In this document: in pieces, positions 14,129-26,308 of the stretch
Numbering within the stretch: the first letter of the stretch is position 1
How the letters are laid out: each line of letters starts with the position of its first letter
Assembly: GCA_001599295.1 (NCBI GenBank)
Contig: BCGN01000004.1
Location: 128,138 to 192,137 of the forward strand
Length of the DNA stretch: 64,000 nucleotides
Origin: Sporopachydermia quercuum
Lineage: Eukaryota
Reading direction: 5' to 3'
The notes under the pieces: generated by a model
What the model was told of the DNA's origin: nothing
The model's input: only the letters and a program-made list of their open reading frames with translations
Databases searched by the model: none
Program-made: the position numbers and the translations under genes

Positions 14129-15092
14129 AACCAGGAAACGACGTAGGCAAATGTACCAATGGTAAATTGGTGAAATAGATGATCAGAGACAATTTGAGAA
14201 TGAACAGTTGTTGGAAAAGCTGTTTAAAAATTGACAGGCACGAGNAAAAGTGTGGGATTATCAAACTTTTCCTTGAGAGGTCTGGAAATTTCTAGTATTA
14301 GAGTTTCGAAATAGAGTTCACTTGTACAGAAGATTAATTGAGAGGAACGAACATTTAATATTCGGATTTGTGTCTCAATTTGGGTATAGGGTAACTTTTA
14401 GAGGTTTGATATTAAAGAAAATCATTGGATCTTTGGGATTTATTGAATAGAGTGCGCAATTCAATATGTTTTTTCGGCTTTTTTCCTGTTTTGAGCTAGT
14501 TTTTGGCTTCTGCTTTACTACCTATAAGTACTCGTTGGTCTAGTGATAATCGGATTAAAGTTTCCACAATATTAAGTACACAGTATCTTCGTGAAACCTT
14601 ATTTATAAGCAACACCAATACACTACAAAAGAAAACCATAAGGAATTCCCTGGAACCGGTAAAAATCATCACAGGCAGAAAAATAGAACTGTAACAGCTG
14701 ACGCTCATCTCTATACTTAGTTAACGGTTCTGCGGACTTGATTTGACGAACGTACTAAGTACACACACTATAACTAACCCATAGTTAACTGATATAATAT
14801 TCTCAATTTACTAGAACCTCGTTAGAGCTTCATTGTTCCGTTTTCCTGAAACTGTTGAACTTAAAACGCGTTGCGTACACAACCCTTACTTTTGTTCGAT
14901 TTACAACGATGAGACGGCATGTCAGATCCTTTATCGTTAGTTTATTCAATCTCTGTCTTGATCTTTAGCCATTCTCCATAACTCTCATACTAAAACTAAG
15001 CAATCTGGTGTAAATCGCCATAAAATTCATTAAATATGTGCTTACAAATGATTGAATATTACGTCCAATACGACTATTCGGTGAATAATGAT

Positions 15093-15144
15093 CCCCGCTT
15101 GGACGAAATGTGGGGACTTGCCTAGCATTTCTGAAAATCTGGGG
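15093..15144. promoter_or_regulatory. Cluster of three Mig1/CreA-type GC boxes
   Basis: ccccgc (reverse complement GCGGGG), aaatgtgggg and aaaatctgggg within about 52 nt, about 1.15 kb upstream of ITR. Confidence 0.5.
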
Positions 15145-17445
15145 AATCTGTAAACTCTATACCCCTCATAAAGCTTATCAGCTTACTAAATCATCGCTAT
15201 AATCGTCAATAGACCTTATCTATGATCCAAATTCATTGTGTAACTGTTAAAGGAAAAAGTCAATGGGAAAAACCCCGAAGTACTGCCGTTGTAACAGCAT
15301 TCTACATCGTTCTTAACTGCACCTTCCTTTCCTGCATTCTATTTTTTCCGAAACTGTATCAGACCGGGCCCTACTCCGACACCCATACCTCTTTCTTCAT
15401 ATTAAACCAACACAAATTTTTGAGGCTTCCAACTTGATATTCAAATTTAGGTATATCGGACTTTTTTCCGATAACATATCTTAGTTCCCGGATTATTTAA
15501 AAAGAACTAGTAAAATCTCCATACTAATAATCCTGATTCAACGTTTTTATGCCAAGCCACTTATCCCAATTAGGTTTCCTTTCGGTATACTTTTACTGGA
15601 ATTTTCTTCTTTTAGTTAAAACAAGGAATAATCATCCGGAAATTTTTCCTTGATTATTACTAAAAGGGTAATTAGTAATAAAAAACTTGTCACAAGTTCT
15701 GTCTTATTGTAGGAGGTAAGAAGTTGACGAGTCTACTCAAGTCATGTGATAACTTATAAGCTGGATCTGCAATATATCTTGTATGATGTAGAAGAATCAT
15801 GACTAAAAGGTAGCAATTGAAATAGATAGATATTAGAATTGATTGTCTAGAGGGTGAACTGGAGCTCTACAGTAATGTAAGAGGTGATAATATTCTTCTT
15901 CTTCCAATAGCAACTTACAACTTACAACCTACTCTGGCCATTCCCTATACAGCTGGGATTATGACCAAATTGCGGTTCCGTCTCCAGTCCTCGTTTCTTC
16001 ATTGACTGAGGTTTAGCTAATTAGTTCTGCTGTCAATAAATCTGTTCAATTTTCCTACCCTTGTTTTCACCTAAAGCAACCTAAAATCGCGTATTCCTCA
16101 GGCATGATATCCTCTCCCTCCACATTTTCCTTTTCTTTCATCTTGCAATAAACATGTTCTACCCCTCCTTAGCTACGGGATTCTAATCGTGTTTATCCTT
16201 ATTACTTACTGGAACTAAAGTTATTTCAGTTTATATTCAACTCATATTTGACTCGGGGATGTGCTTAGTTATCAACATCTTCATGCATCCATAACCAATT
16301 GTACTTTTCAACGGTTTTTCCGAGTCGCTAATTAAAGTTTGATCAACCCCGGATTTTTCCCCGACTACTGGGATCTAGTGGATTATCCTCAGGGTATCTC
16401 CACTGCCAGAGGTGTATCTTACTGTATCCCATAGATTTACCAGTGATTTCTCGGTTATTGGAGTCTTGGCGAAGTAATTCAACCCCAATATTTAAGGGGC
16501 TTGTGATATCACTGACTGTTCCTGGGATGAATCAACTGTTCTAACAATTGGCACCAAATCATAAACAAGGTAAAATGGGTGAAATGGTATCATGATTGCT
16601 GGATTTCTATAACTAGAGTAGATGCAAAAATGTTCTTGGTACCTGAAAATTCTATCAATTCGGTTAATGGCGGTTTAATACTCATTGCTGTTTAATGGGA
16701 GTGTCCTTTATCTATATGAGATTCATAGTACATTGCTATACCTCTCTGTTCTACATTTAGGTTGCTTTGCTATCTGATGCCCGTTATGAACAACAATTCT
16801 TGTTTCTTGGAATGTCATTGCTTTTATATTTCAGAATAGTTTGTATTTTTTTTATGAGTATGATCGAACAAGTATTATCTATTGCTACTTTTTGTCAGAT
16901 ACTGATTTCACCAACTGCCCAATCACTCAAACTTGAGACCAACTCTTCATAGTCCTACTTAAAGCTTGATGTCCCATCGGATTCGATTTTTACGTATCAA
17001 TTCAAGCATTTCTATATCCACCCTATTCAACTCATCTCTATTTCAAATTTCTAATACCTTCCTTTTTACTCCTTCATTGCAGAGATTCCTTCTCCCATCA
17101 TCAATCTTTAGGTACTCAACGCAAGCCTTGTTATGTTACTTTAGTACTAGATTATATGCACGTTACGCATTAACCTGCGTTCATTAACCCTAGTATCATC
17201 TCTCAAATTGTCCGATCTCATTATTCATGATATTATAGGAGTTGCTATCAGATGTTCGGACAACGCTCCTTCTGATATCAGTATCACTTGCTCGTATCTT
17301 CGTATTTGAGTCTCCTTCTTATCAAATGCTCGTTATGTTGATCAACTATCAAAAGATCGTTTGACCAAGTTTCTAACCTTTTGCCCAGAACCATTATATT
17401 TTTACCGTCTTGGCATCTTCTTTCTACATAACAAATCAGGTGAAA

Positions 17446-17892
17446 ATGGTCAGACCTATTCATCATTCGCCTCAAATGGTGGCCGGCTTAAACGAGCGAG
17501 TAAGTGTTCCTCTGCTATCCTGCAATTTCTCAGACCTTCTATTACTTTCATTCACTGTATTTTTTGTGGTCTATTTAGAAATGATGTCCTAACATTATCA
17601 GCTTCTTGAAGGAAGTTTATACGGAGGAGGCAAAGGTTTACTATTTGGCGTGATAACAATGTCGGCATTACACCTTTTCTCCAAAACATGGAGAACCAAA
17701 ACATCTATACAATTCAGAACATTCTATATGGCATCTTGTATATCCTGTGGTGTTGTAATTGCTTGTGACAAGCAATTGATCTCATATGAACAGGAAATCA
17801 TGGAAACCGAGACCCAGCGGCGAAAGGACTTTTTGGATAAAGCTGCTGATAGAGGAGAGTTGTATGGATCAGATGGTAGAAGTCTTANATAG
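17446..17892 (+). CDS. Small two-TM mitochondrial-type protein, Rcf3/Rcf2-N-like (2 exons, about 114 aa)
   Basis: Exons 17446-17499 and 17602-17892; intron GTAAGT..CCTAAC..CAG in phase 0. Spliced protein MVRPIHHSPQMVAGLNERLLEGSLYGGGKGLLFGVITMSALHLFSKTWRTKTSIQFRTFYMASCISCGVVIACDKQLISYEQ... resembles the recalled Rcf3 pattern. Confidence 0.72.
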
Positions 17893-18168
17893 ATCACACA
17901 TTTTTGTTATATCTGATGTGTATGCATATATCTGTTAAATAGAAGGAATAAATTTATGACTGTTGAAATGAAACCCCTCAAAAACAAAGTACTATGGGTA
18001 GATATAACAGTTTATTTGGAGAAAGACATATACGATGATTGATGGAGCTCTCAAACTAGGTAGATTTCTCTATGATTTACTATAATGATTATAAAACATG
18101 ATATACCAGGTTACTCTTCATTTCAGTTAGGTCTCATCTTTATTCTCAATTAATATTCATATCATACA

Positions 18169-19386
18169 CTATGGGTCATCAATTTCCACTATCTCAAACC
18201 GGTCATCATTCCATGCTAATAAGCTACTATCAATCCATCTCACTCCACGCATTCGTACTAAATTCAAGATCCGAGGACTGTTCCATAAAGAAGAATAAAC
18301 AGCTACATCTGAATATAAAATAGCCAATTTTTCTTTAGTTGAATCCCATTGAATATCTCGTATCTCATCACGACACGTTATTGTAGTGAAAGGTCCTACG
18401 GCATCACCAGTAGTGTTAATATTCCATATAAACACCGTTTGCTGTATAACTGTAGCCAATAACCCATTCGCACCTTCAGAAATATTAGTAATGACAGGTT
18501 GCCCTTCTCTAACAAAAACTGGATTCACCCATACTTTGAATTCAGTCCCACCTCCATCACGCCAGGAAACACCTGTAGGCATAGGTTTTATCCCATGAAT
18601 CAATGTCCTTTCTTTCCTCCCTAGAAAATCAACTATCACTACATATGAATTTTGCCTGTTTTCAACATTCAGGCATATTCTGCTATCTTTTAAACATATC
18701 ATGTCTTTTATATAAGTATCAAATTCGGTTGAATCATTAGCTATCTGCTTAACATTGAATTCAAACGTGGGTTGTCCAGAGGTATCGCCATGACCTATTA
18801 TATTATATACTGCTACTCGTTCAGCAAGCCCAACACCTTCTAAAGCTGCAACCCATTGAACCCCGGAAATAAATTCCACTTTCTGAGCATCTTTTGCTAA
18901 TGAAAACCTGTGGATAGGAACAGCTGATGCTGCTTTACTTTGAAACAACGTCAGATCATTAGGATTTGTCACGAGACCAAACAGCTGTTTATCGCTGGAA
19001 TATAACACATCACTCGTCTTAGGTCCTGCCACGTCCATTATATGTTTATATGATCTGTTGTAAAGCGAAGCTACCACATTTGCTTCAGAAAACAAGATAA
19101 TGGCTTCAGGTAACGATACAATTGATTCGACTCCATAAGGGGCAGCCAAAGTCCCTGATGTTGGCCCAAGGATAGCAACCACCAAAATATTCGTTTCTGC
19201 TACCACGACAATATCGCTGTCAATCCAGAAAAGAGAATATTGCTTGCTGGCCTGCGGTAACGAGATTTGTCTAATGGTATGCACATTGGGGATGGTTCTG
19301 ACTACAAGACCGGAAGGAGTGAAATGGGCAACATACTTGCCACATGGTGAGACTGATAAAGGTTTCAGATAAGAAAACGCACACAT
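18169..19386 (-). CDS. Divergent WD40-like beta-propeller, possibly WDR8/WRAP73
   Basis: First ATG at 19386; beta-rich ORF of about 405 aa with an N-terminal SVSPCGKYVAH..LVVRT motif like WDR8, plus VFIWN and IRDIQWD blade motifs. Confidence 0.55.
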   Translation of the reverse strand: MCAFSYLKPLSVSPCGKYVAHFTPSGLVVRTIPNVHTIRQISLPQASKQYSLFWIDSDIVVVAETNILVVAILGPTSGTLAAPYGVESIVSLPEAIILFSEANVVASLYNRSYKHIMDVAGPKTSDVLYSSDKQLFGLVTNPNDLTLFQSKAASAVPIHRFSLAKDAQKVEFISGVQWVAALEGVGLAERVAVYNIIGHGDTSGQPTFEFNVKQIANDSTEFDTYIKDMICLKDSRICLNVENRQNSYVVIVDFLGRKERTLIHGIKPMPTGVSWRDGGGTEFKVWVNPVFVREGQPVITNISEGANGLLATVIQQTVFIWNINTTGDAVGPFTTITCRDEIRDIQWDSTKEKLAILYSDVAVYSSLWNSPRILNLVRMRGVRWIDSSLLAWNDDRFEIVEIDDP

Positions 19387-20725
19387 TTGCAAATTGTGAT
19401 TGTATATTCAGTCTCAAAACGCGACTACAAAGCTTAGAAATCTGTAATGATGGAATAAGACTCGTGTCTAGTATGTGAAGGGCAGTGCGATATGTTGAAA
19501 TAACAATTAGGTTTGGGACGATACTGTATGATATATGCATGTGGTGCACAATTGGAAATAGTAATTGAGAATAACGTAATCAATCGTGTGTGCATACACC
19601 CGCTGGAAGTTGCATATTCTCTAACCTACTTCGTTAAGGCAGGGCTCATAAAGTGTGTCCCGAAATTTCGGAAAAGGCGGGAGAGGTATATGTCTCATCA
19701 GGTGAGATTGTATGTATGTTGTGTTGAACATCACAACGAAAGGTAAAAGGCAATGTTTTCTTACTCAAGTGAGTAATTTCTTGCTGGGCATATGCAGATA
19801 TCTGAGATTTTTGAAAGCCACACCAATTGATAAATGCCATATGTGTGAACGAAAAGCACCATATCACACAGTGCTCCGTGATCTCGGCTTTAATTAGGCA
19901 ACTACATGCCTAGGCTAAATAAAAAAAAAATCAGAGCGAACTTGATCGTTTTCAACTCTTAACAAGTAAATAATGTAATGCTTCATAGATTACTTTTTAA
20001 ACGAGAATGTTTCAACGAATAATTTCCACTAGAGGGTCACTGAAATCCGTTCAATTCCACTTTACTCATTGATCATTAAATGCAATTAAAGTTCATATCA
20101 ATATGCGCTCAGATGCATATTTGCTGTACTACATTCCCTATTATTTACATGTAGAAGCGTTACTGAGTGGGATGCATCCCAAACCAAATGTTGCTGTATC
20201 ACAAACACCAGAAATTATCTTCATATTTCTCTAAATTACAAAACATTAGGCCAAAAAAATGCAATATTTTACTCTAATATACCCAAATAACATATTTACA
20301 AATTTTTACACTCATAGGACCTTTCTTTCTCATAAAACCACACTTACCTTCCTACCTCGATCTTGCACCTTTCCTCAGAGTCACGTGATATTATCACCTG
20401 ATAAATGAGTTTTTCTTGATTTCTCCAATAGGGGTTTTCGCGAGATTTCTTTATATCTTCTGTAACCTTCCGTGCCATCCCATCGCCTTTTCTGCTCTGA
20501 CTTCCTTCCCTAAATACTAATAGAATCGACACTGTTATTTAATGTTTATCGGTAGCTTTTGCCTTCTACAAATATTTCTGCTTTTTGATTTCACTACTAC
20601 TACTAGAGGCTCACCACTAGTAACATCAGAGACTTAATCATCCAACCTAGCACTCAGTACAGTGCCCCACCTCAGCTAGATACTAACCAAGTACTTACCA
20701 TCAACATCCTCATCCCCTGATCACG

Positions 20726-22180
20726 ATGACAGAAACCCCAAACGACATACCATCAAATGAACGAGAGATTTACGCAACATCAATTGAAATCCGACGCAAA
20801 CTAACCGGTTTGATTTCCGACAGATCCAACTATCTTACATCTGACGCTATTAACAGTGTTTACTCAAGCTTAGAAGATCAGGTGAAAGAGTTGAACATCA
20901 TTCGAGCTAAGCCTGAACAAGCCAAAGAACATAACTCATTAGACATAGTACTTGATGATGTTTTCCAATTACTTTCACTAGCATATTTGACTGTTGGGCT
21001 CACAAGATCAGCTGCTGCAACTTATGCTTCTCTCACTTCTGTTGAACGTCTACTACATCATTTGGCGGAAGTAGAAGTCTACACCGCTGTTGATATAAGG
21101 CCTTTGAGGGAAAGATTATCTCAATTGGAAGCCATTACTGCAGCAAATAGTAACGATTCTGATAAGGATATTATTCAATTGATAGAAAGAAAAATTGCTA
21201 TGTGTGAAGTTGATTTGAAGCATCTTGAAGATGGAATCTCGCATGTTCCTGCAGACTTGGAACCTTTGTTAGCTAAACTGGTTACTCTGAAAAGACAAAT
21301 CCTTTCAGTAGGTGCCAATTCAAATTTCAAACCTGAAGATTTGAAACCTTTCCAACAGGAATTAAATAGATTGGAGGAGAAGTATGTCCGTTCTGATTTG
21401 TATAGTAAGATGGATGAGCTGACCTTGAAAGAGACTACTGAGGCTTCTGCTCCTAAAACTACTGATGCCACATCGCATGAATTATTGAAAGGGCTCATTG
21501 ACACTTGCCATGTGTTAATTAAAGATTTGATTGATGGCAAAGATCAAGTGCCCGAAAGTTTGAAAGGCACTTATTCACAGTTAAGTGATATGAAGAACAC
21601 ATTAGAAAATCTATTAATCACACACCGTTGGACGTTAAGAGCTACTGATTTATATAGTTATGGTAAACAGTTACGATCCATTGACGATACCCGTGTTAAC
21701 GGTAAATTCCTTGTTGACGATGGTACTGTTGCCCCTGAAAAAGCTCAAGTGATTTTACTTTATCTGTTAAGAAGATGCTATGCTATTATTTATAAGCTTC
21801 TAGAATCGTCAGAACCAGTGTCTGAAGCATTGACACCTATCCATAACCAATTGATTACTGTGAGAAGATGTTTGCTTGAAGTGAAGCGAATGGGCCAAGT
21901 TTCGTCCGTCAGAGAACTTTATCCATATCAAATGAAGCTTGCTAGTATTGATAATCTTCGTAAAGATGGTAAATTCTATGTGGGCAAACTCATTCCTGAG
22001 GGACAAGGAACATTAAATGCTTTATTGGCTGAATGTTACGACATTATATACGATTTACAAGAAAATATTCAAGAAGACGATAACAATGATGATGATTCTG
22101 CTATTACTTTTGTCAAAGGAGGAGATGGTGTTGATGTGTTGGACGATTACGGAAATTCAAGAGTTGAAGATCTCAATTAA
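20726..22180 (+). CDS. CUB1: Cub1/YPL260W (DUF2408) family protein
   Basis: LENLLITHRWTLRATDLY, LLRRCYAIIYKLLESSEPVSEALTPIHNQL, RELYPYQMKLASIDNLR, IPEGQGTLNALLAECYD. Confidence 0.9.
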   Translation: MTETPNDIPSNEREIYATSIEIRRKLTGLISDRSNYLTSDAINSVYSSLEDQVKELNIIRAKPEQAKEHNSLDIVLDDVFQLLSLAYLTVGLTRSAAATYASLTSVERLLHHLAEVEVYTAVDIRPLRERLSQLEAITAANSNDSDKDIIQLIERKIAMCEVDLKHLEDGISHVPADLEPLLAKLVTLKRQILSVGANSNFKPEDLKPFQQELNRLEEKYVRSDLYSKMDELTLKETTEASAPKTTDATSHELLKGLIDTCHVLIKDLIDGKDQVPESLKGTYSQLSDMKNTLENLLITHRWTLRATDLYSYGKQLRSIDDTRVNGKFLVDDGTVAPEKAQVILLYLLRRCYAIIYKLLESSEPVSEALTPIHNQLITVRRCLLEVKRMGQVSSVRELYPYQMKLASIDNLRKDGKFYVGKLIPEGQGTLNALLAECYDIIYDLQENIQEDDNNDDDSAITFVKGGDGVDVLDDYGNSRVEDLN

Positions 22181-22451
22181 CATGTAAATATAATTGATGA
22201 TACCTGTTGAAAAGTGTCCTAGTTGGACCTTCAACTATGCTTAAATTTTTAACGTTGTTTCTTTTCTTACATTGTTCTTTTTACTCTTCATTTGGTATGT
22301 TCTTATTGGTCGGTTTAGCTGTATCTAGCAATGAATATTGTTCATAATTTGCTGATTGTAGATCAAGTGAAGGTTTTGAGTGAATGACGATGATTATTAT
22401 GTATCATTTGATCAGTGAATATTTAATTGTGCTTTAAAAATCAATAAATGA

Positions 22452-22504
22452 CGACAGTTTGACTCTCGACAGTTTGACTCTCGACAGTTTGACTCTCAAC
22501 AGTT
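22452..22504. repeat. 15-bp tandem repeat (CGACAGTTTGACTCT) x3.5
   Basis: Three perfect copies plus a partial caacagtt downstream of CUB1. Confidence 0.9.
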
Positions 22505-23833
22505 GCTTTTCTATAGATGTTTTAATTTGCCTGTTCCATGACCCCTCGTTATCTAGTAAATAGGCTTTCTTGTTCATATGCATAGTTATGCGTATATATG
22601 TATCATTCCTAACTCTATATTTTGTATTAATGTGTCGTTGACATCACGTAGGCAAACCGTGAGTATTCTCAGTTTGTCTAGCACATTCAGATTGTTCTCA
22701 GTGATCTTTTCAGTGAAAAATAGATAATCTTTTCTGGTTGTTTCCTGTAGTTTAAACAACGACAAGAAAAGAATGCTTGGGTTTTACCACTTGTTTGTTA
22801 TCTGGTTCTCTGGTTCTCTGCTTCCCTCCTGCGCACATATTCAATTATCATATGTCACCCAAAATTCCTTTGAGATTTTGATTAAAGTCCCAATTATGCT
22901 TCATTGAAATTGAGGTGCCCCAATAGGTTTCAAGATGACATCAGTTTATGGTTGATATGATTGTGATTGTTTTTGCAAGTTAATAGGCACTTTGGTTATT
23001 TGTATTTTGTTAAAATGATATTATTGCTAATTAAATTATCGTGCCATATAGTAGTAAAAGAGCGCATATCAAACAGTGCTTCCAATTCTTACTAGTTAAG
23101 AATAAGGTTAATAAACGTTATGCTTTACAAACTTTAACTTCATATGTGTTTATAGTAAACAGAGTAAACTTCCATTCATTTCAAATATTACTTGTAATTC
23201 AAGCGAAAGATTATATATTACAGGTTGGACCTCAAAAACGGTCAAAAAATATGGGCCAACTCATATAAAAGCAGCAAACTCAGAATCACTCAGCACTTCA
23301 TCATTAACTCAAAGAAAAATGCCCCATACCGCAATTCACACAACTAAAGATTAAGAGATTCGTGTATATTATGCAGGAACAAATTTAAAGTTCAGTATCT
23401 ATGACACCCCCGACTAAAATTACCTATAAGGATCACTCATCGAGTACCTAAATCTCATTCCATTTTGCTATGAAAGCTTTAATAAAATCTCCAATAATAC
23501 AATTATAAGTCAAAGTAATGTCAAAAACATAAGCTCACTCCAATCTATTTGCATCTTTCCTATCTTCTCCTCCTTATCTTCTCTCCTCCCAAGTGCCCTC
23601 TTCTGTACTCTCCTGCAATGGTATGCACACTTCTCCACTAAATGACTCAACCAGCCTAATACAGAAAATGCTAAACTTTATCTCAAACTTTACCTCAAAC
23701 ATCATTCAAAATAAACAACTCTTCTTTCTTATCAACCGTATCTTATTATCACCACTAGAATCAACAATATATCATGGCAAACCATACGCATTATGTACAT
23801 TAAAACCATGAAGAAAGCCTCAACTAACCCATT

Positions 23834-26308
23834 ATGGATAGTTTAACTGAAAAATTACAGAAATCAACTCTGGAGTCTGCGCCTCCTACGCCACATGACT
23901 CTCCCGAACCGGAACTTGACTCATCAGAATCACCTATCCAAGCCACAGTCATACCTTCTGTTCGTATCCTATTTACACATTCAAGCTATGCGCATAAATT
24001 CGCTAGAAGCTGGGTGAGCAAATCTTATTGCTCTACTATAGTGGAAAGACCGGAACGGATGATGGCCCTGGCCATCGGATGTTTCGCAGCGTACTCTTTA
24101 TATCCGTCAGATTACAATATAGCTACTACTGATCATATGGGTTCTCTAACTAGCAATCACGTGGTAGCTGTCCACGGAAGAAAATGGCCCAAAAAACTGA
24201 CAAAACTCTGCGAAGAAAGCCAAAATAAACTAGCCAATAATCAAATCGAAGTTCCCAGCGACTGGAATTCAGGAGATATCTACTTAAGCTATCAGACTCT
24301 GGAGGCCTTGCGTGGAGCTGTTGGAGCTATGGAAACTGCAGTAGACACAGTTTTCAATCCAGACATGGAGAACATAATTTTCGTGGGTTTGAGGCCTCCG
24401 GGTCATCACTCTCATGCATGTACTCCTTCTGGGTTCTGTTTGATAAATAACGTTCATATTGGTATTCAGTATGCCAAAGAGAAGTATGATGTAACACACG
24501 CAGTGATACTGGATATAGATTTACATCACGGCGATGGAAGCCAGGATATATGTTGGAAGCTGGCTGGATTTATATGTGACGACGAAGCCGAGCAATCAGA
24601 GCAATCCGAGGTTGGTACTGACACTGACTCAGAAACGGAAGCGGAGGCAGCGATAGGAAAAGACCCGAACTCAACAACAACAGTCAAACAAGAATCCGAT
24701 TCAGAAACCACCGGGGACCCTGATGACATCAAATCGCCTGAAAAAGGACCTAAACTAGGTTACTTCTCAATGCACGATATCAATTCTTTTCCTACTGAAA
24801 CTGGCTTTGCCGCTCCCCTACATATAAAGAATGCCAGTACCTGTATAATGATGGCACATGATCTGTGCATATGGAATATACATCTACAACAGTATACTAC
24901 AGAAGAAGAATTCTATGAAATATACAGCAAAAAATACTACCAATTGATAGAAAAAGCTGATGAGTTTTTAACTGCAGGTAGAAAGGCAAAAGAAGAAGAA
25001 CTGCAAACGTTAAAAAATGCCAGAAATAAAGTTCAAGAAGCATGCAATTCTTGCAGCAACGCGCATACAAACTCTAAACTTAAAGTCCTGAATCAACATT
25101 TAGGGGAATTAAAAGAGCTAGAAAAAGCAATTGAGGCGCATAAACCTTTCAACAGTCTCATTTTCATTTCGGCTGGCTTCGACGCTTCCGAATATGAAAA
25201 TCCTCAGATGCAGCGCCACAATGTTCATGTTCCTACATCATTCTACGCCACATTCGCTAAGGATGCTCTAAGTAATTTGGCCAATGTACACGCCTCGGGA
25301 AGGCTGATTTCCGTAACGGAAGGTGGCTATTCTGACGGGGCGATTATTTCTTCCTCTTTTGCCCATTTAGTGGGATTGGCTGATCAGAAATGGGATAATG
25401 AGTGGAGCAAACCAAAGGTTATTAAAGAGTTATGTAAAGGCTGTAAACCTAGTTGGCATGAATACAAAAAGCAGTCGGAATTCAACAACTGGACACGTGA
25501 TGTGATAACAGGAGGGAGATCTTTGTGGCATCCCGATATCCTGAATGATATCGAACGGACCAAAGAGCAAGAAAGAGAGAAAGTTAATAAATTATCCGGG
25601 AGAGAGCTGCGGAGTCGGAATGAGCGTACTGCACGAAGCGAACGGAGGACGGAATCGGCAGAAAATGTTGCTGAAAGTGAAGATACAGAAGAACTTCTGA
25701 AGAATGAGCATCAGCCTCAGCTTCAGCCACGGGTTCTACAGAGCGACGAAACTGAGCATAAAAAGTATGGTCAAAACACTGGTTTCGTGGCTCATCCGGC
25801 ACACCATAAATATGAGCCACAAGTGAAACTTGAACCTAATCATGAACCTTTACTGACGTATAATTTGCTAATGCAGAGCAACGGCCACAGCGGCCATAAC
25901 AGCCACAACAGCCACAATTCAAAACAAAGCCCTAACTTACCGAAATACGCAGCCACCAGCCATAATATAGACGATGATGAAGTTATGGTGACGCCTACAA
26001 AGTCACCATATAAGATTGAGGCTGAGTACCATGACGAGGTAATGATAACGCCAACTAAGAATACCGATGACCCAATTAAGGAAAAAGACCTGGATCGTGG
26101 CGATGACCAACACGTTGCTGAGCCACAATTCAATGAATCTCATTTCTATTTTAGGCATAGTTCATCTAGTAGTGAATTATCTTCACGTGATCTCAATGTA
26201 AAGTTAGAAGAAGATAATAGTGAATCGAATGCTAGGCCACCTAATGCCACACCGCTGATCAGCAAACTGAGAAAAATGGATGGAGTATGGCATGTGGCAT
26301 CGGAATAA
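23834..26308 (+). CDS. HOS3: Histone deacetylase, Hos3 type
   Basis: TIVERPERM, RPPGHHSH, GFCLINNV, LDIDLHHGDGSQDI, SMHDINSFPTE, ISAGFDASEYE, EGGYSD. Confidence 0.94.
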   Translation: MDSLTEKLQKSTLESAPPTPHDSPEPELDSSESPIQATVIPSVRILFTHSSYAHKFARSWVSKSYCSTIVERPERMMALAIGCFAAYSLYPSDYNIATTDHMGSLTSNHVVAVHGRKWPKKLTKLCEESQNKLANNQIEVPSDWNSGDIYLSYQTLEALRGAVGAMETAVDTVFNPDMENIIFVGLRPPGHHSHACTPSGFCLINNVHIGIQYAKEKYDVTHAVILDIDLHHGDGSQDICWKLAGFICDDEAEQSEQSEVGTDTDSETEAEAAIGKDPNSTTTVKQESDSETTGDPDDIKSPEKGPKLGYFSMHDINSFPTETGFAAPLHIKNASTCIMMAHDLCIWNIHLQQYTTEEEFYEIYSKKYYQLIEKADEFLTAGRKAKEEELQTLKNARNKVQEACNSCSNAHTNSKLKVLNQHLGELKELEKAIEAHKPFNSLIFISAGFDASEYENPQMQRHNVHVPTSFYATFAKDALSNLANVHASGRLISVTEGGYSDGAIISSSFAHLVGLADQKWDNEWSKPKVIKELCKGCKPSWHEYKKQSEFNNWTRDVITGGRSLWHPDILNDIERTKEQEREKVNKLSGRELRSRNERTARSERRTESAENVAESEDTEELLKNEHQPQLQPRVLQSDETEHKKYGQNTGFVAHPAHHKYEPQVKLEPNHEPLLTYNLLMQSNGHSGHNSHNSHNSKQSPNLPKYAATSHNIDDDEVMVTPTKSPYKIEAEYHDEVMITPTKNTDDPIKEKDLDRGDDQHVAEPQFNESHFYFRHSSSSSELSSRDLNVKLEEDNSESNARPPNATPLISKLRKMDGVWHVASE

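Noticed and set aside
16955..17130. Minus-strand coding-like stretch ACVEYLKIDDGRR...LEI*NRDELNRVDIEMLELIRK
   Set aside because: Short, interrupted by a stop, with no start, splice signals or recognisable family.
20380..20389. GTCACGTG CDEI-like element as a point centromere, given the centromere linkage of LEU2/PET8 in Saccharomycetaceae
   Set aside because: No very AT-rich CDEII or CDEIII follows; more likely an ordinary Cbf1/bHLH promoter site.
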